From: Octopus sinensis
Lineage: Eukaryota
Direction: 5' to 3'
NCBI RefSeq assembly: GCF_006345805.1
Contig: NC_043009.1
Coordinates: forward strand, 36,084,001 to 36,148,000
Length of the DNA stretch: 64,000 nucleotides
A model generated the notes under the pieces. That model worked only from the letters and a program-made list of their open reading frames with translations. It ran no database searches and was not told the DNA's origin. The translations under genes were made by a program, and so were the position numbers. Positions 41,801 to 52,900 of the stretch are shown here, in pieces (positions within the stretch are counted from its first letter, which is position 1; the number at the start of each line of letters is the position of its first letter).

Positions 41801-41969
41801 CAGATTTTCGGTTCAGCACACGATCTCAGATCAGGTCACTTGCTATGCAAGTACATCCCCGTGTGTGTATATATATATATATATATTCAAAAGACGCCAC
41901 CCCGTTGGCTAAGCGAGCAGGCCAACAGAAGAAAGAGTGAGGGAAAGTGTAGTGGCGAAAGTGTACAGC

Positions 41970-42030
<61 letters not shown>

Positions 42031-43254
42031 CACATGCATACATACGGCATATATACATACATATATAAATATATACATGCACAAACACACTTCGTGTGAG
42101 TGTGTTTTTGGGAGGGTGTATTGAATTCATTTGCCCAGCATGATCGAATAGTGAAGAAGATCGATTTGCAATCGAGAAGAATCCTGGTATCTGGTCTCTT
42201 GGAATCACTTACCACAGCCCTGGATCGATTTCTGAACCTTGTGAGTAAAAGTGGGTTGAAGGAAACTGTGTAGAATCCCATCGGACGGATTCTACCAGTA
42301 ATTTAAAGGTCGAGCCTTGTCACACACTACGTCACACTGATACGACTAGAGAAATACATTATAGATCATTATAGGACATTATATACTCAGCCACCTACGC
42401 GTTAGTTCAATGTCCAGGACTTTCCGCTGGTGGAACAATTCAATATTCATTCTTGAAAGCAACGGAGATCCATGATCCATTTACGTTTGATATTTTATGT
42501 TCCCTAAAGTATTATGTATTCGTTCAGTAAATGGACTTTCATTTCCGTTTCCAACAATGGAAATTACGGTTCAACAAACGCAAAAAAAAAAAAAAAAAAC
42601 CGAGGTTCATATGACCCCTTGCGATTCATATAAGATTTGGGTTGGGGGCACACAAGCAAAATAGTAAGTAACTGGGCCACAATAGTATTTTATGGGTCTG
42701 TAGCGAAGCACAATGAAGCCAGAGCCATTTTAAAACAGCGAGTTCTCGTCAACTTCTACAGGTCTATGAAAAATTTTGCTTTAGATATATTTAATGCAAG
42801 AAACAGGTTTTTTTTTTTCTTTAACGTTTTACATAGTTCAGCCTGCACAAGCTAATGTGTGATAAACAAAATAGGAATTTAGAGAGAAGTATCTATAAAA
42901 CTAATTTTTAAACAATGAATGGCTATGGGGGGGGGTCACCACAATAAAATAGCTATCAAAAGGGTCCATAGATAAAATTTTAAAAAATGATCGAGAATCA
43001 CTGGGTTTAGACTGGGGGTGGAGTGATATGATCAACTGGAACTTTTAATGGTAAATTGTCTTACAAAGGCTTCTACACACTTTCCATTCCCCGATTTCCG
43101 TCACTGAATTCATTCAAGTTTGAATCAACATCAGACTACGATAGGAGGTGCTTGCTCGGTACCGCATGAGATCGAACTTGTGACCCAGTAATCACGAAAC
43201 AAACGTCTTAATTATTCAACCAACAACAGTAATACAAACAAAAAGACACAGAAC

Positions 43255-43437
43255 TAGATAAAAGAAAGAAAGAAAGAAAAAGAAAGAAAGAAAGAAAGAA
43301 AGAAGGAAGGAAAGAAAGGAGGAAAGAAAGAAAGAAAGAAAGAAAGAAAGGAAGAAAGAAAGAAAGAAAGGGAGAAAGAAAGGAAGAAGAAAGAGAGAAA
43401 GAAAAAAACGAAAGAAAGAAAGAAAGAAAGAAAGAGA
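43255..43437. repeat. (GAAA)n/(GGAA) polypurine tract
   Basis: Direct reading; it lies immediately upstream of the putative promoter. Confidence 0.95.
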
Positions 43438-43449
43438 ACTTGTCAATTT

Positions 43450-43532
43450 TTATCTTCTTCCGGTTCACTGCGCATGTCAGTAACAGCTGTCAAGGAAACC
43501 GCGCGCCTGTTTGTATGTTGTCTTCGGTAAAT
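43450..43532 (+). promoter_or_regulatory. Putative core promoter and first non-coding exon of the PPP1R35-like gene
   Basis: ETS-type CTTCCGG at 43457-43463, NRF1-like ACTGCGCATGTC at 43467-43478, local CpG enrichment (CCGCGCGCC), and a candidate donor G|GTAAAT at 43527. The link to the gene is inferred from position. Confidence 0.5.
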
Positions 43533-44699
43533 ATTTATATCTACTCCGTACATACACGTATTTATATAAATATATTACTTTTTTAATCGGCTTAATCGGC
43601 AGTGGCCGAGAGTTTCGTTCACGGCACTTATCAATCTTCTCTAACTTTCTGACGCTTTAAAATAAAAACAAAATTATTTAGATATATACTCATATTCTTT
43701 CTTCTACCAAACCTGTAATATATTTATTATATATTATATGTATTTACATCTCTCTCTCTCTCTCTCTTCATATATATATATTTATATATTATGCTTGTCG
43801 GTGTGGCTGTCTGTTCGTTGGTGTTTTGTTTAATTTCTTCATTTCTACTCATTTTTCCCTAACTTATTTATTTATTCATTCTGTTCGTTGTATTTGAAGC
43901 TGTTTTAATGTAGTTTTAGGATTTGTTCTTACTCCGCAGACACATAACATTGTTAATATTCTGGGTTTTCGGGATCGTGTACGAGCATATAATTTGTACG
44001 TTGCTGATGTGATATAAGAAACCAAATAACTACTGTCGTTGTGTGGTTAGTCACAGATCAGTCCTGATCGCACAAATTTGTGATTAAAAACATTTAATCT
44101 ATCTACACCCTGTCCTTTTTCTTTCTCAACCGCACCACCTATGTTGGAGAGCCGTCTAAAACAACATTATAGACTCCTGACAAAACAATATACCCTGGGA
44201 CCTATACTATTTATTTATTGATAGGGCCACAATATACATAGATTAGCATCGAACCCCTAAAACCGTGGGATCTCCTGGACAACTGTTCCGTGTGCCCGTA
44301 GCTTTAAATGTTAAGAGAATCTGTCATTTGTAGCTCGTTAAAGTAAGTGAGCGTGTGTTCAACAACAAAAGTTCGACAACAGTTGCTTACTTTGACTAGT
44401 AGAGTCTGCATTATTTTAAAGGATTGTGTTCAGTATATATATGATTGTATGTGTGTACCTCTGTACACACACATATTGTACACCTTTTAACGTTATTTTG
44501 AGTTGTTAATTTTCTCTAAAGACTATATTCTTCCCAGGTATGAATTTTATAATATGAAAATGAATGTAGCCATTCCGTCATCACCATGTTTAGTTGGGGG
44601 TCTAAAGATGAAGCTGGAGGGAGGGTACTGTCATGTCCAGTTTGCGGACACAAATCGAAATTTTGAGACGACTTTTGCTGGCTGGAATTCTCTTTTTCT

Positions 44700-44885
44700 C
44701 TTCTATTTGTTTCAGTCATTTGACTGTGGCCATGCTGGAGCACCGCCTTTTTAATCGAGCAAATCGACCCCAGGACTTATTATTTGTAAGCCTAGTACTT
44801 ATTCTATCGGTCTTTTTTGCTGAACCGCCAAGTTACAGGGACGTAAACACACCAGCATCGGTTGTCAAGCGATGTTGGGGGGAAA
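44700..44885 (-). mobile_element. Family A SINE, 3' half
   Basis: TTTCAGTCATTTGACTGTGGCCATGCTGGAGCACCGCC...GGTTGTCAAGCGATG. Confidence 0.85.
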
Positions 44886-45381
44886 AAAACATAGTAATAT
44901 TTTAATATTTATTTTAGGTGAGTGAGAGGTCGAAGGATGTTGGAGATATCTCGATATCAATTAGTCAGGTGACCTTCCTGTAGCTACTATTTTAACCCAT
45001 TCAGACTTTTTTGTTAAATCTATTGCTTATTTATTCACATTTTGTATTAGTCAAGCTTTATCTTGTAGCTTTGAGATTTTGAAGAGGTAACTGTTAATTA
45101 AAGAATGATATTGTAAGGTTGGTATGAGAGTCCATATATGGCCAGTTTGAACATAAAACAGGTAGAATATTTGGGCTGGATATGGCCACTTTAAATGCTA
45201 AAGGGTTGTGATATCTCTGTATAACAGCCGTAGTCTGTCAAAGGTCCAACATTGTGTCCCTGTCGTAATGTTTGCTTTTTTAATTTTCTATTTCAGTTCT
45301 CTCATTGCATTGTTGACCGTTACTGAAGCCCTACTTCAATGTAAATAGCAAATCCATGCCTGTCTTTCACACAGGACTGTC

Positions 45382-45990
45382 ATGATTGCCAATTCTGATG
45401 AGATAGTCCTACGCCAGCCTCCAGTTGCTTCAAAGATGACAATTCTTCCATCTCAAATACTTCCAGATCCAGATCTTCAGGTTTCACCGTTCAAGAAAGG
45501 AATTTTGCGGAAGGAAGCAAACCGTCCAAAATCACATTCCAATGTACGATTTAATCTGAAAAGTCATCCCCTTGCAGACCTCAATAGTAGTAGCAGCAGC
45601 AGCACTGGTACTCCTTCTGAGCCCAACAGGAGTAACAACAGCATTGGTACTCCTGCTGATCTCTACAACAGTAATAGTGGTATTGGTATGCCTGCTGAGT
45701 TCAGTAGTAGTAGTGGTGGCTCTGGTACTCTTGCTGAGCTCTGCAGGAGTAGTAGCGGGGTTGCTGCAACTTCTGAGCCTTCTTTTACATCTCAGGAACA
45801 AAGTTTTAACACAAACATACCACATCCTGCTGACAGTTGTACTGTGACCGATGTTCCCCTTATTCCACTCAACAGTTCCCAGCACATTTTACATAAAATT
45901 CATGTTTTGGCACAGAACGATGAGACCCATGTCATCAAAGAACTCCAGCGCCAGTTAAATATTGATAAGAAGAAAGAAATAAATGAAAAA
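45382..45990 (+). CDS. PPP1R35: PPP1R35-like protein, coding exon 1 (203 aa)
   Basis: Acceptor TTTCTATTTCAG| at 45296, ATG at 45382, phase-0 donor AAA|GTAAGT at 45991. Carries KGILRK and SNVRFNL (PP1-docking-like) and PLNSSQHIL (start of the PPP1R35 C-terminal domain). Confidence 0.85.
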
Positions 45991-46090
45991 GTAAGTTCCA
46001 GATATTCTTGTTGTCATCGTTATTGTTGTTTGGCAAAACTGTTACCGTTAGGGAAAATGCTTTGCAGCATTTGTTGCTGCTCCTTATAGT

Positions 46091-46236
46091 GGTTGGCGTT
46101 AGGAAGGGCATCCAGCTGTAGAAACACTGCCAGATCAGACTGGTCCTGGTGCAGCCTCCTGGCTTCCCAGACCCCAGTCGAACCGTCCAACCCATGCTAG
46201 CATGCAAAGCGGACGTTAAACGATGATGATGATGAT
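46091..46236 (+). mobile_element. Retroposon 3' tail with (GAT)n end (family D)
   Basis: GGTTGGCGTTAGGAAGGGCATCCAGCTGTAGAAAC...CCCATGCTAGCATG...GGACGTTAAACGATGATGAT. Further copies at 46285-46610 (-), about 47995-48140 (-), about 48435-48585 (+) and about 51640-51865 (+). Confidence 0.8.
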
Positions 46237-46284
46237 AATCCTGTCAAAGTCAACTTTGCCTTTTATCTATTCAGTGTCAATGAA

Positions 46285-46610
46285 ATCATCATCATCATCA
46301 TCATCATCGTTTAGCGTCCATTTTCCATGCTAGCATGGGTTGGACGGTTCGACTGGGGTCTGTGAAGCCGGAAGGCTTCATCAGGCCTAGTCACATCTGG
46401 CAGTGTTTCTACGGCTGGATGCCCTTCCTAACGCCAACCACTCCATGAGTGTAGTGGGTGCTTTTTACGTGCCACCCGCACAGGTGCCAGACAGAGCTGG
46501 CAAACGGCCATGAACGGATGGTGCTTTTTATGTGCCACCAGCACGGGGGCCAGGTGAAGCTGGCAATGGACACGAACGGATGATGCTTTTTACGTGCCAC
46601 CGGCACATAA
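46285..46610 (-). mobile_element. Family D retroposon, inverted relative to 46091-46236
   Basis: (ATC)n followed by CGTTTAGCGTCC...GGATGCCCTTCCTAACGCCAACC, then repeated GGTGCTTTTTACGTGCCACC units. Confidence 0.8.
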
Positions 46611-46890
46611 AAAATTTTAAAAAAACAATCAAATCTTGGGCTCAATGTAATTGACTTTCCCTCTCCTCTCAAATTGCTGGCCTTGTGCCTTAATTCGAAA
46701 CCATTATTATTAATATTATTATTATCATTATTATTACGACGGCAGTGAGCTGGCAAAATTGTTAGCATGCTGGGAAAAATGCTTAGTGGCATTTCCTCCT
46801 TGCCTTTCATCTGTTTGGGATCAATAAAATAAATACCAGTTGAACACTGGGATCCTGAAAGTGTTGGCTTTGTGCCAAAATTTAAAGGTA

Positions 46891-47116
46891 ACATTTGATG
46901 GATATTTGTCCTCATCTTGTTTGTTGTTAACACAACGTTTCAGCTAATATACTCTCCAGCCTTCATCAGGTGTCTTGGGGAAATTTCGAGCCTGAGTTAT
47001 CATTCTTAAAGTATTTTTCGAATGTTATTATTATTATTTTTTAGGTCACTGCCTGGAGTCGAACTCGGAATCTCGGGATTAGTAACCCGAGCTCTTAACC
47101 ACTACGCCATATGCCC
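46891..47116 (-). mobile_element. tRNA-headed SINE-like element bearing a minimal hammerhead ribozyme motif (copy 1)
   Basis: The - strand reads GGGCATATGGCGTAGTGGTTAAGAGCTCGGGTTACTAATCCCGAGATTCCGAGTTCGACTCC (A-box and B-box), then (TAA)n, then GACAC-CTGATGA-AGGCTGGAGAGTATATTAGCT-GAA-ACGT-T-GTGTT (46974 to 46929). Confidence 0.8.
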
Positions 47117-47120
47117 ACAG

Positions 47121-47370
47121 GTATAGTGGTTAAGAGTTTGATTCCAGGCAGTGACCTGAATAAAAATTATAATAAATAATAATAATAATAATAAAAATAA
47201 TAATAACATCAAAAAATACCTTAGGAATGAGAACCCAGGTTCGAAATTTCCCAAGACACCTGATGAAGGCTGGAGGGTATATCACCTGAAACGTTGTGTT
47301 AACAACAAACAATTGAGGACAAATATCCATCAAATGTAAATAATGTACATAATTCCTCATCTCTTAAATA
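47121..47370 (+). mobile_element. tRNA-headed SINE-like element bearing a minimal hammerhead ribozyme motif (copy 2, head internally deleted)
   Basis: Head GTATAGTGGTTAAGAG/TTTGATTCCAGGCAGTGACC, then (TAA)n, then the hammerhead at 47255-47300: GACAC-CTGATGA-AGGCTGGAGGGTATATCACCT-GAA-ACGT-T-GTGTT. Confidence 0.8.
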
Positions 47371-48657
47371 TAGAATCGAAAAATAACAAATATTTACTCA
47401 ACACTGTTTTTAATATCTCCCCATGGCAGTTAGAAACTATATCATTCCAATATACAATCATAATACACCATTCCATTTTATCATTATACCGTACCATTAT
47501 AGCATTAAATTTCAGTATTCCATTAAACTATACCAATCCATTATTCCATTACTTCATTATATTATAGTATTCCATTATGCAAAAACAATAAATACCTACA
47601 GACACTGAAATCTTGTATGAAACAATGAGGGATCCACTATATAATCGCTCAATCAGCTAGAAATAACAGCTAAATCTCCCTCAAATCACACTCCACTATG
47701 TTAAATAAAAAAGAAGATACTGGATAATTTGACCCTAAATACACTGAATGTCAATAAAAAAGAAAAGTTGTCATTCAGTACAGGCACAGGCACAGTTGTA
47801 TAGTATGAAGCTTGCTTCACAACTACATGGTTCTGGGTTCAGTCCCACTGTGTGGCACCTTGGGCAAGTATTTTCTACTATGGCCTTGGACTGAAAAAAA
47901 GTCCAATGTATGTGTATATATATATGTGTATATATGTATGTGTATATATATATATATATATATATGTGTGTATATATATGTATGTGTATATATCATGATC
48001 ATCATCATCATCATCATCATCGGTTAATGTCTGTTGTCTATGTTGGCGTGGGTTGGATGGTTTGACCAGGGCTGGCAAGCTGGAAGGCTGCACATGACAG
48101 TTAAAAAAATAACATAGATCTATGGAAACTATACCAGTCCATGCAGGTCCACCCTGACACCTCAACACCACTTTTATCTCTGTCCAGCTCTACCCCAGTT
48201 ACTCCACCCCAGTTACTTCTATAATGTGAGTAGCCATGTGGCTCCTCTACAGCAAGAAATTTGTTCTGTCCTGGCCTTTTCTTTCATACCTTAGCCTCTC
48301 ATCCTCTAGCATAAAGCTGCTTACCTCGCTATTATAATCCCATCTACTTGAAGAGGATCTTAGATGTGCAAGCTGCATGGTGATCTCACAAATGCTAGTG
48401 CCATGAAAGAAGAACACTATATACTCTGTGAAGAGGTTGGTGTTAGGAAAGGCTTCCAGCCATAGAATCTATGTCAAAGCAAGCATTGGAACACAATACA
48501 GTCCTCAAGCCAGTTAGATCCTATCATATTGTCCAAGTCATGCCAGCATTGAAGAGTAGTATTAAAACACAATGATAATATTGATTGAAATCTGTTGATG
48601 GTAAAATTATGATTTTTCTTTTTAAACTTAAAATAATTTCCTTTTCTATGTTTACAG

Positions 48658-48771
48658 GCAGCTTCTAAAGTGGACTACAAACCTGATAGTGTTTTATACC
48701 AAAACCTCATCAGTTTAGACGTTCCTATTGTGTGTGTGAAGAAAAAAAAGAAACCAGTTGTTAAAAAGAAG
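48658..48771 (+). CDS. PPP1R35: PPP1R35-like protein, coding exon 2 (38 aa)
   Basis: Acceptor TTTTCTATGTTTACAG| and donor AAG|GTAGGT, phase 0/0. Encodes AASKVDYKPDSVLYQNLISLDVPIVCVKKKKKPVVKKK; LYQNLISLDVP corresponds to the vertebrate LF.DLVSLQVP motif as I recall it. Confidence 0.88.
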
Positions 48772-50553
48772 GTAGGTGGATTTGGTTGTCTGTTTCTGAA
48801 ATAATATCCATTTCTACTCTAGGCACAAAGCCTGAAATTTTATGGGGAAGGAGATAGTTGATTACATCGACCCCAGTACACAACTGGTACTTCATTTATT
48901 AACCTTGAAAGGATGAAAAACAAAGTTGACCTCAACAGAATTTGAACCCAAAATGTAAAGACAGACGAAATACCACTAAGCATTTTGTCCCACATGCTAA
49001 CAATTCTGCCAACTCACTGCCTTCTTTTCAAATAATATCAATACTACATATTGCATAAAAACCAGAAATTTTTGGGGGGTTCAGTACAGTCAGTTATTGA
49101 CAAATACTTTATTTGATCAACTCTGGAAGGATGGAAGACAAAGTTGAACTCAGAACATAAACAGCTAGATATTTTGCCTGGTGCTCTAACAGCTGTGCCT
49201 TTAAATCACCCTTATTTGAAATGATATTGACATGGGGGATGTAGAGTCAGTTGAATTGACTCCAGTATATAACTGGTTAGTCTTTCTCTTAGTTTTTCAG
49301 CTCCCTGTCAAGTGTAGGCCATCAGTTATATATGCCTTGTATAAGCTACCATCATCACCCTTCAAGATCCTCTTTAGCAGAATCCTTCCTAGCAGTTTCT
49401 TGTTTCTCTTGAAAATTCCTAAAATAATTTTTGGCCCTGTTGGTCCCCATAAAGTGATGGCCCTCTCAGCTTCAGTTGATAACATGAATGCTATTCTTGT
49501 GTAGCAGTCATCTTTGCATCTTGAGATCAGAGGAAGTTCCAGCATCTTTAAAAAGGCTTTAACAAGAAGACATCATCAATGTTTGAGGCAGAGAACCTTC
49601 TTTGATCCACAAAGGTGGGTTAATTTGTACTCTCATTGATGTTTTCATAGCAAGAAATATTTTAAAATAGAAAGATTGTTCTTGAAAGATGACATTTGGG
49701 AGTAGTATCGAGGTGCCCAAATGGAAGGATTCTGCAACAGAGAAAGAGGGAGGAAGAGGTGGTGGAGTGTTTATATCAGGATGTTGGACCCCACAAAGGA
49801 AAATAATGAGGAGCTGCAAGGAGTGGTGATATGTTTTGGAATGGACCCAACCCTACTATGCCAGCATAAACAAACAGAAGTACATACATATGTACATGAA
49901 GATGAGATGGTCACAGCCTTTAATCATAGATTAACTTGATCAGTTGTTTGGCCACAGGGTTGACCAAAGGCTAAATAACCACAGCTACAAGTAATTACTT
50001 GTAAGTACTCCCTACCCACATATTCCCATCATCAGGATTTGAACTTTTCACTTAGAAGAAACATCACTAAGTAATTAAACAGCCCCATAAGTGTGATGTG
50101 CTTAATTATAGCTGTCCTGTGTATGAGCTGGAGTGATCTAATCCTGGGAAGGTAGCATTGTAACAGTAATGTGTTATTGATAATGTAACCCTAAGTATGA
50201 CAGATCTCACTCTGGGAAAACAACATGTTCAGGGTGGTGTGTTATAATGGAACTTTATATATGAGGTAGACAGAAATCCATCTCTTGGAAGGCCATTCCT
50301 TAAGTGACAACCTGCTATTATCACAATACAACACTCAAGCAATGTACACTGATGATCTGATTACTTGATGTGTTTTAGCTTTCATATTAGTGAGGTGCAT
50401 TTGGCTGTTATATTGAATGACCCTGTAGATGCTCTCTAACTGGCTTGCTCTGTTTTTATATTCATTATTAATTATCATATTCCAGAAGATGGCATGTTAC
50501 TGTAATTTTACATTTATGTTCTGATCTCTGATTATCTGTTTTGTTAATTACAG

Positions 50554-50745
50554 ACACAAGAAGCTGTTCCACCAATGTTTTATGATAGTGCCAAAGAAAA
50601 CACTCATGAAGAGAAGGGTAACTTCACACTTCAGGGAATTCCACTGCCACGAGTGAAGCTGCTAAAATCTCCACCTCTCTCCGCCTTTACTTTATATCAA
50701 CACAACAGAGCCTGGGAAGGACTTCTTATTCACAATCACAGTTGA
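50554..50745 (+). CDS. PPP1R35: PPP1R35-like protein, terminal coding exon (63 aa plus stop)
   Basis: Acceptor TTGTTAATTACAG|, phase 0. Encodes TQEAVPPMFYDS...FTLQGIPLPRVKLLKSPPLSAFTLYQHNRAWEGLLIHNHS*, matching the recalled PPP1R35 C-terminus (LTL.GLP.LRL.......F..HR..R.WE). Confidence 0.88.
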   Translation, partial: TQEAVPPMFYDSAKENTHEEKGNFTLQGIPLPRVKLLKSPPLSAFTLYQHNRAWEGLLIHNHS

Positions 50746-50784
50746 TATCTGAGAAGTTTGCAATATTTGATACAGAAAAAGATG

Positions 50785-51000
50785 GCAAGCTGACAGAATT
50801 GTTACTGTGCAAGACAAAATGCTTATCGGCATTTTGTCCATCTTTATGTTCTGAGTTCAAATCCTGCCATGGTCAACTTTGCCTTTCTTCCTTTTGAGGT
50901 CAATAAAAATAAATACCAGTTGAGCACTGGGGTTCATTTAATCGACTTACTCCCTCCCCCAAAATTGTTGACCATGGGTCAAAATTTGAAACCAATATTT
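50785..51000 (+). mobile_element. Degraded family B SINE in the probable 3' UTR
   Basis: GAGTTCAAATCC...GTCAACTTTGCCTTTC...AAATACCAGTTGAGCACTGGGG. AATAAA hexamers follow near 51008 and 51118. Confidence 0.7.
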
Positions 51001-52384
51001 ATACAGAATAAAATTTATTTTCTTCATTTTCTTACTCGACCCATAACTCAATATATTTTATAATCAAAATCTTCATATTTAATTTATCTTTGTATAGAAT
51101 CTTGTTTTGTTTTGTTTAATAAAAAACTGTTTTAATATATAAATGTGTGTTATTTGTAGAATATATGAGTCTGTTATGTGTAGACTATGTGTGTGAGTGT
51201 TGTGTGTAAAATATGTATGTTTGTTACAGGTTGCAAAAGTGTTTTGTTTGTGCAATAAGCTACGAAATTCTTACATTCTCTTGATTTCCTGTAATTCAGA
51301 CCACCTCATGGTCTTAGCAGACAAAGTGGAGACGGTGCTTTTTACGTGTTACCGGCACTGCAGTTAAGGAGTTCTTGATGAGTGCAGGCAGGGATTGTGG
51401 TTGGGAAATTTGCTTCACAACCATCTAGTTTCATGTCCAATGCCACTCTAAGCACTTTTCTAGCTTTGTTGTAAACAAAGCCTTGTGAATGAAATTTCTT
51501 AAACACCAACTATATAGTCATAATGGGAACTCAGTTGAGGTGGGGCTTGACAAGACAATACAATAAAGAGTAGCCAAGTATTTGTTTAACACCCTCTCAT
51601 ATACAAACTTCTTATTTATTTGTATTGTATATAGGGTTTTGAGCGTGGTCGTTGCCAGAACCGCCTGACTGGCCTTCATGCTGGTGGCACATAAAAGCAC
51701 CCACTGCATTCTCGGAGTGGTTGGCATTAGGAAGGGCATCAATCTGTAGAAACTTTACCAGATCAGATTGAGCCTGGTGCAGCCTTCTGGATCACCAGTC
51801 CTCAGTCAAACCGTCCAACCCATGCTAGCATGGAAAGCGAACATTAAACGACAACGATGATGACGAAGAAACCACCACCATCACACACACACCAAAGTGA
51901 TATAATTAAAAATATATCTAAAGTCTTTTTTTTATTAAACTTCCATTTCTCTTCTGTGAAAATAAATTACTTCATTCTGCAACAACAGAGGACATTAAGC
52001 AGTTTCATGAGGTAAAATGAATGGATCCAATATGCTACAAATCTTTCCTACAATCTGACCTGAACTCAATCAACAATGGGTTGCTGGTTCCGGGTAAGTG
52101 CACCCACTGTACGTACATTTTAGCAGGTGGGGAAAAAACAGTAATTTTATTATTCCCTCTGCAATACAAGCCTTAAGAATTCTGCTGGTGAATATAACCA
52201 AGACATTATTGTCAACAGTAATCTTCTTTGAACGAACCACATTTCTAAAATCACCCAAAATGCCGAAAGTGTCTTAGTATCACTCAGTAAGACTTTTGTT
52301 AGCCACTCATCAACTATTTATTTCAATTTATGTATGGCTATGGTATGTCTACACGTAGACTTTATATCTCCAGTTTGAAATCCC

Positions 52385-52900
52385 CATCTAGTCCAGAATA
52401 TCGATCTACTGTCCAGAGACGTACAACCAGACGAATACCTTCTGACATTTACTTTATCTTCAATGCAATGCTTCTTTTGGCATCGATACAGTCAAGTTTC
52501 AACGTCTAGCGACTGTCTTGACATAATCTCATAAGATTATCCATCATCTTTCCAACTATAACTTTGACCAACTCTTTAACTTTAATACATCTATCACTCG
52601 TGGATATAAAATCAAAAAATAGCGCTGCAACTAAGACTTGCCCAAATATTTTTCATGCTAAGAATTATCAAAGCATGGAATGAACTACGTACATTAGTTG
52701 TTAGCACTCAGAGTACAGCTTGCTTCCCGGAATTCACCAACACTACTCCTGACATGCCTATGCACCCTTTCCTTTTTGTGGCTCTTTCATTTTTCGCTTT
52801 CTTGGGGTTTTGTGTGTTATATGCATGTACTTTCTAGTTTTCGTTGTTGTCTTTCTACATCACGCTTGATCTGCACGGGTTAGATAATGTTCAAGGGAGA
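52385..52900 (+). mobile_element. CR1-type LINE 3' end fragment
   Basis: VQRRTTRRIP...KIIHH...LFNFNTSITRGYKI...KYFFMLRIIKAWNEL...VVS..STACF (CR1 ORF2 C-terminus). Confidence 0.75.

Noticed and set aside
42610-43003. hAT/Charlie-type MITE
   Set aside because: Only one TIR-like end (GATCGAGAATCACTG) is visible, with no matching left end or 8-bp TSD.
47043-47116. tRNA gene (also the heads at 1940, 12744 and 18995)
   Set aside because: There is no paired acceptor stem, and each head continues into a repeated body, so these are SINE heads rather than functional tRNAs.
49232-49939. Overlapping ORFs in PPP1R35 intron 2 as a nested gene or extra exon
   Set aside because: No recognisable motif in any frame and no consistent acceptor-donor pair; exons 2 and 3 already join in frame to give a complete domain. 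A BLASTx would be decisive.
51985-52270. Cluster of splice-like signals (e.g. CCGG|GTAAGT near 52095) and a 62-aa minus-strand ORF
   Set aside because: Signals conflict between strands, acceptors are weak and I recognise no homology.
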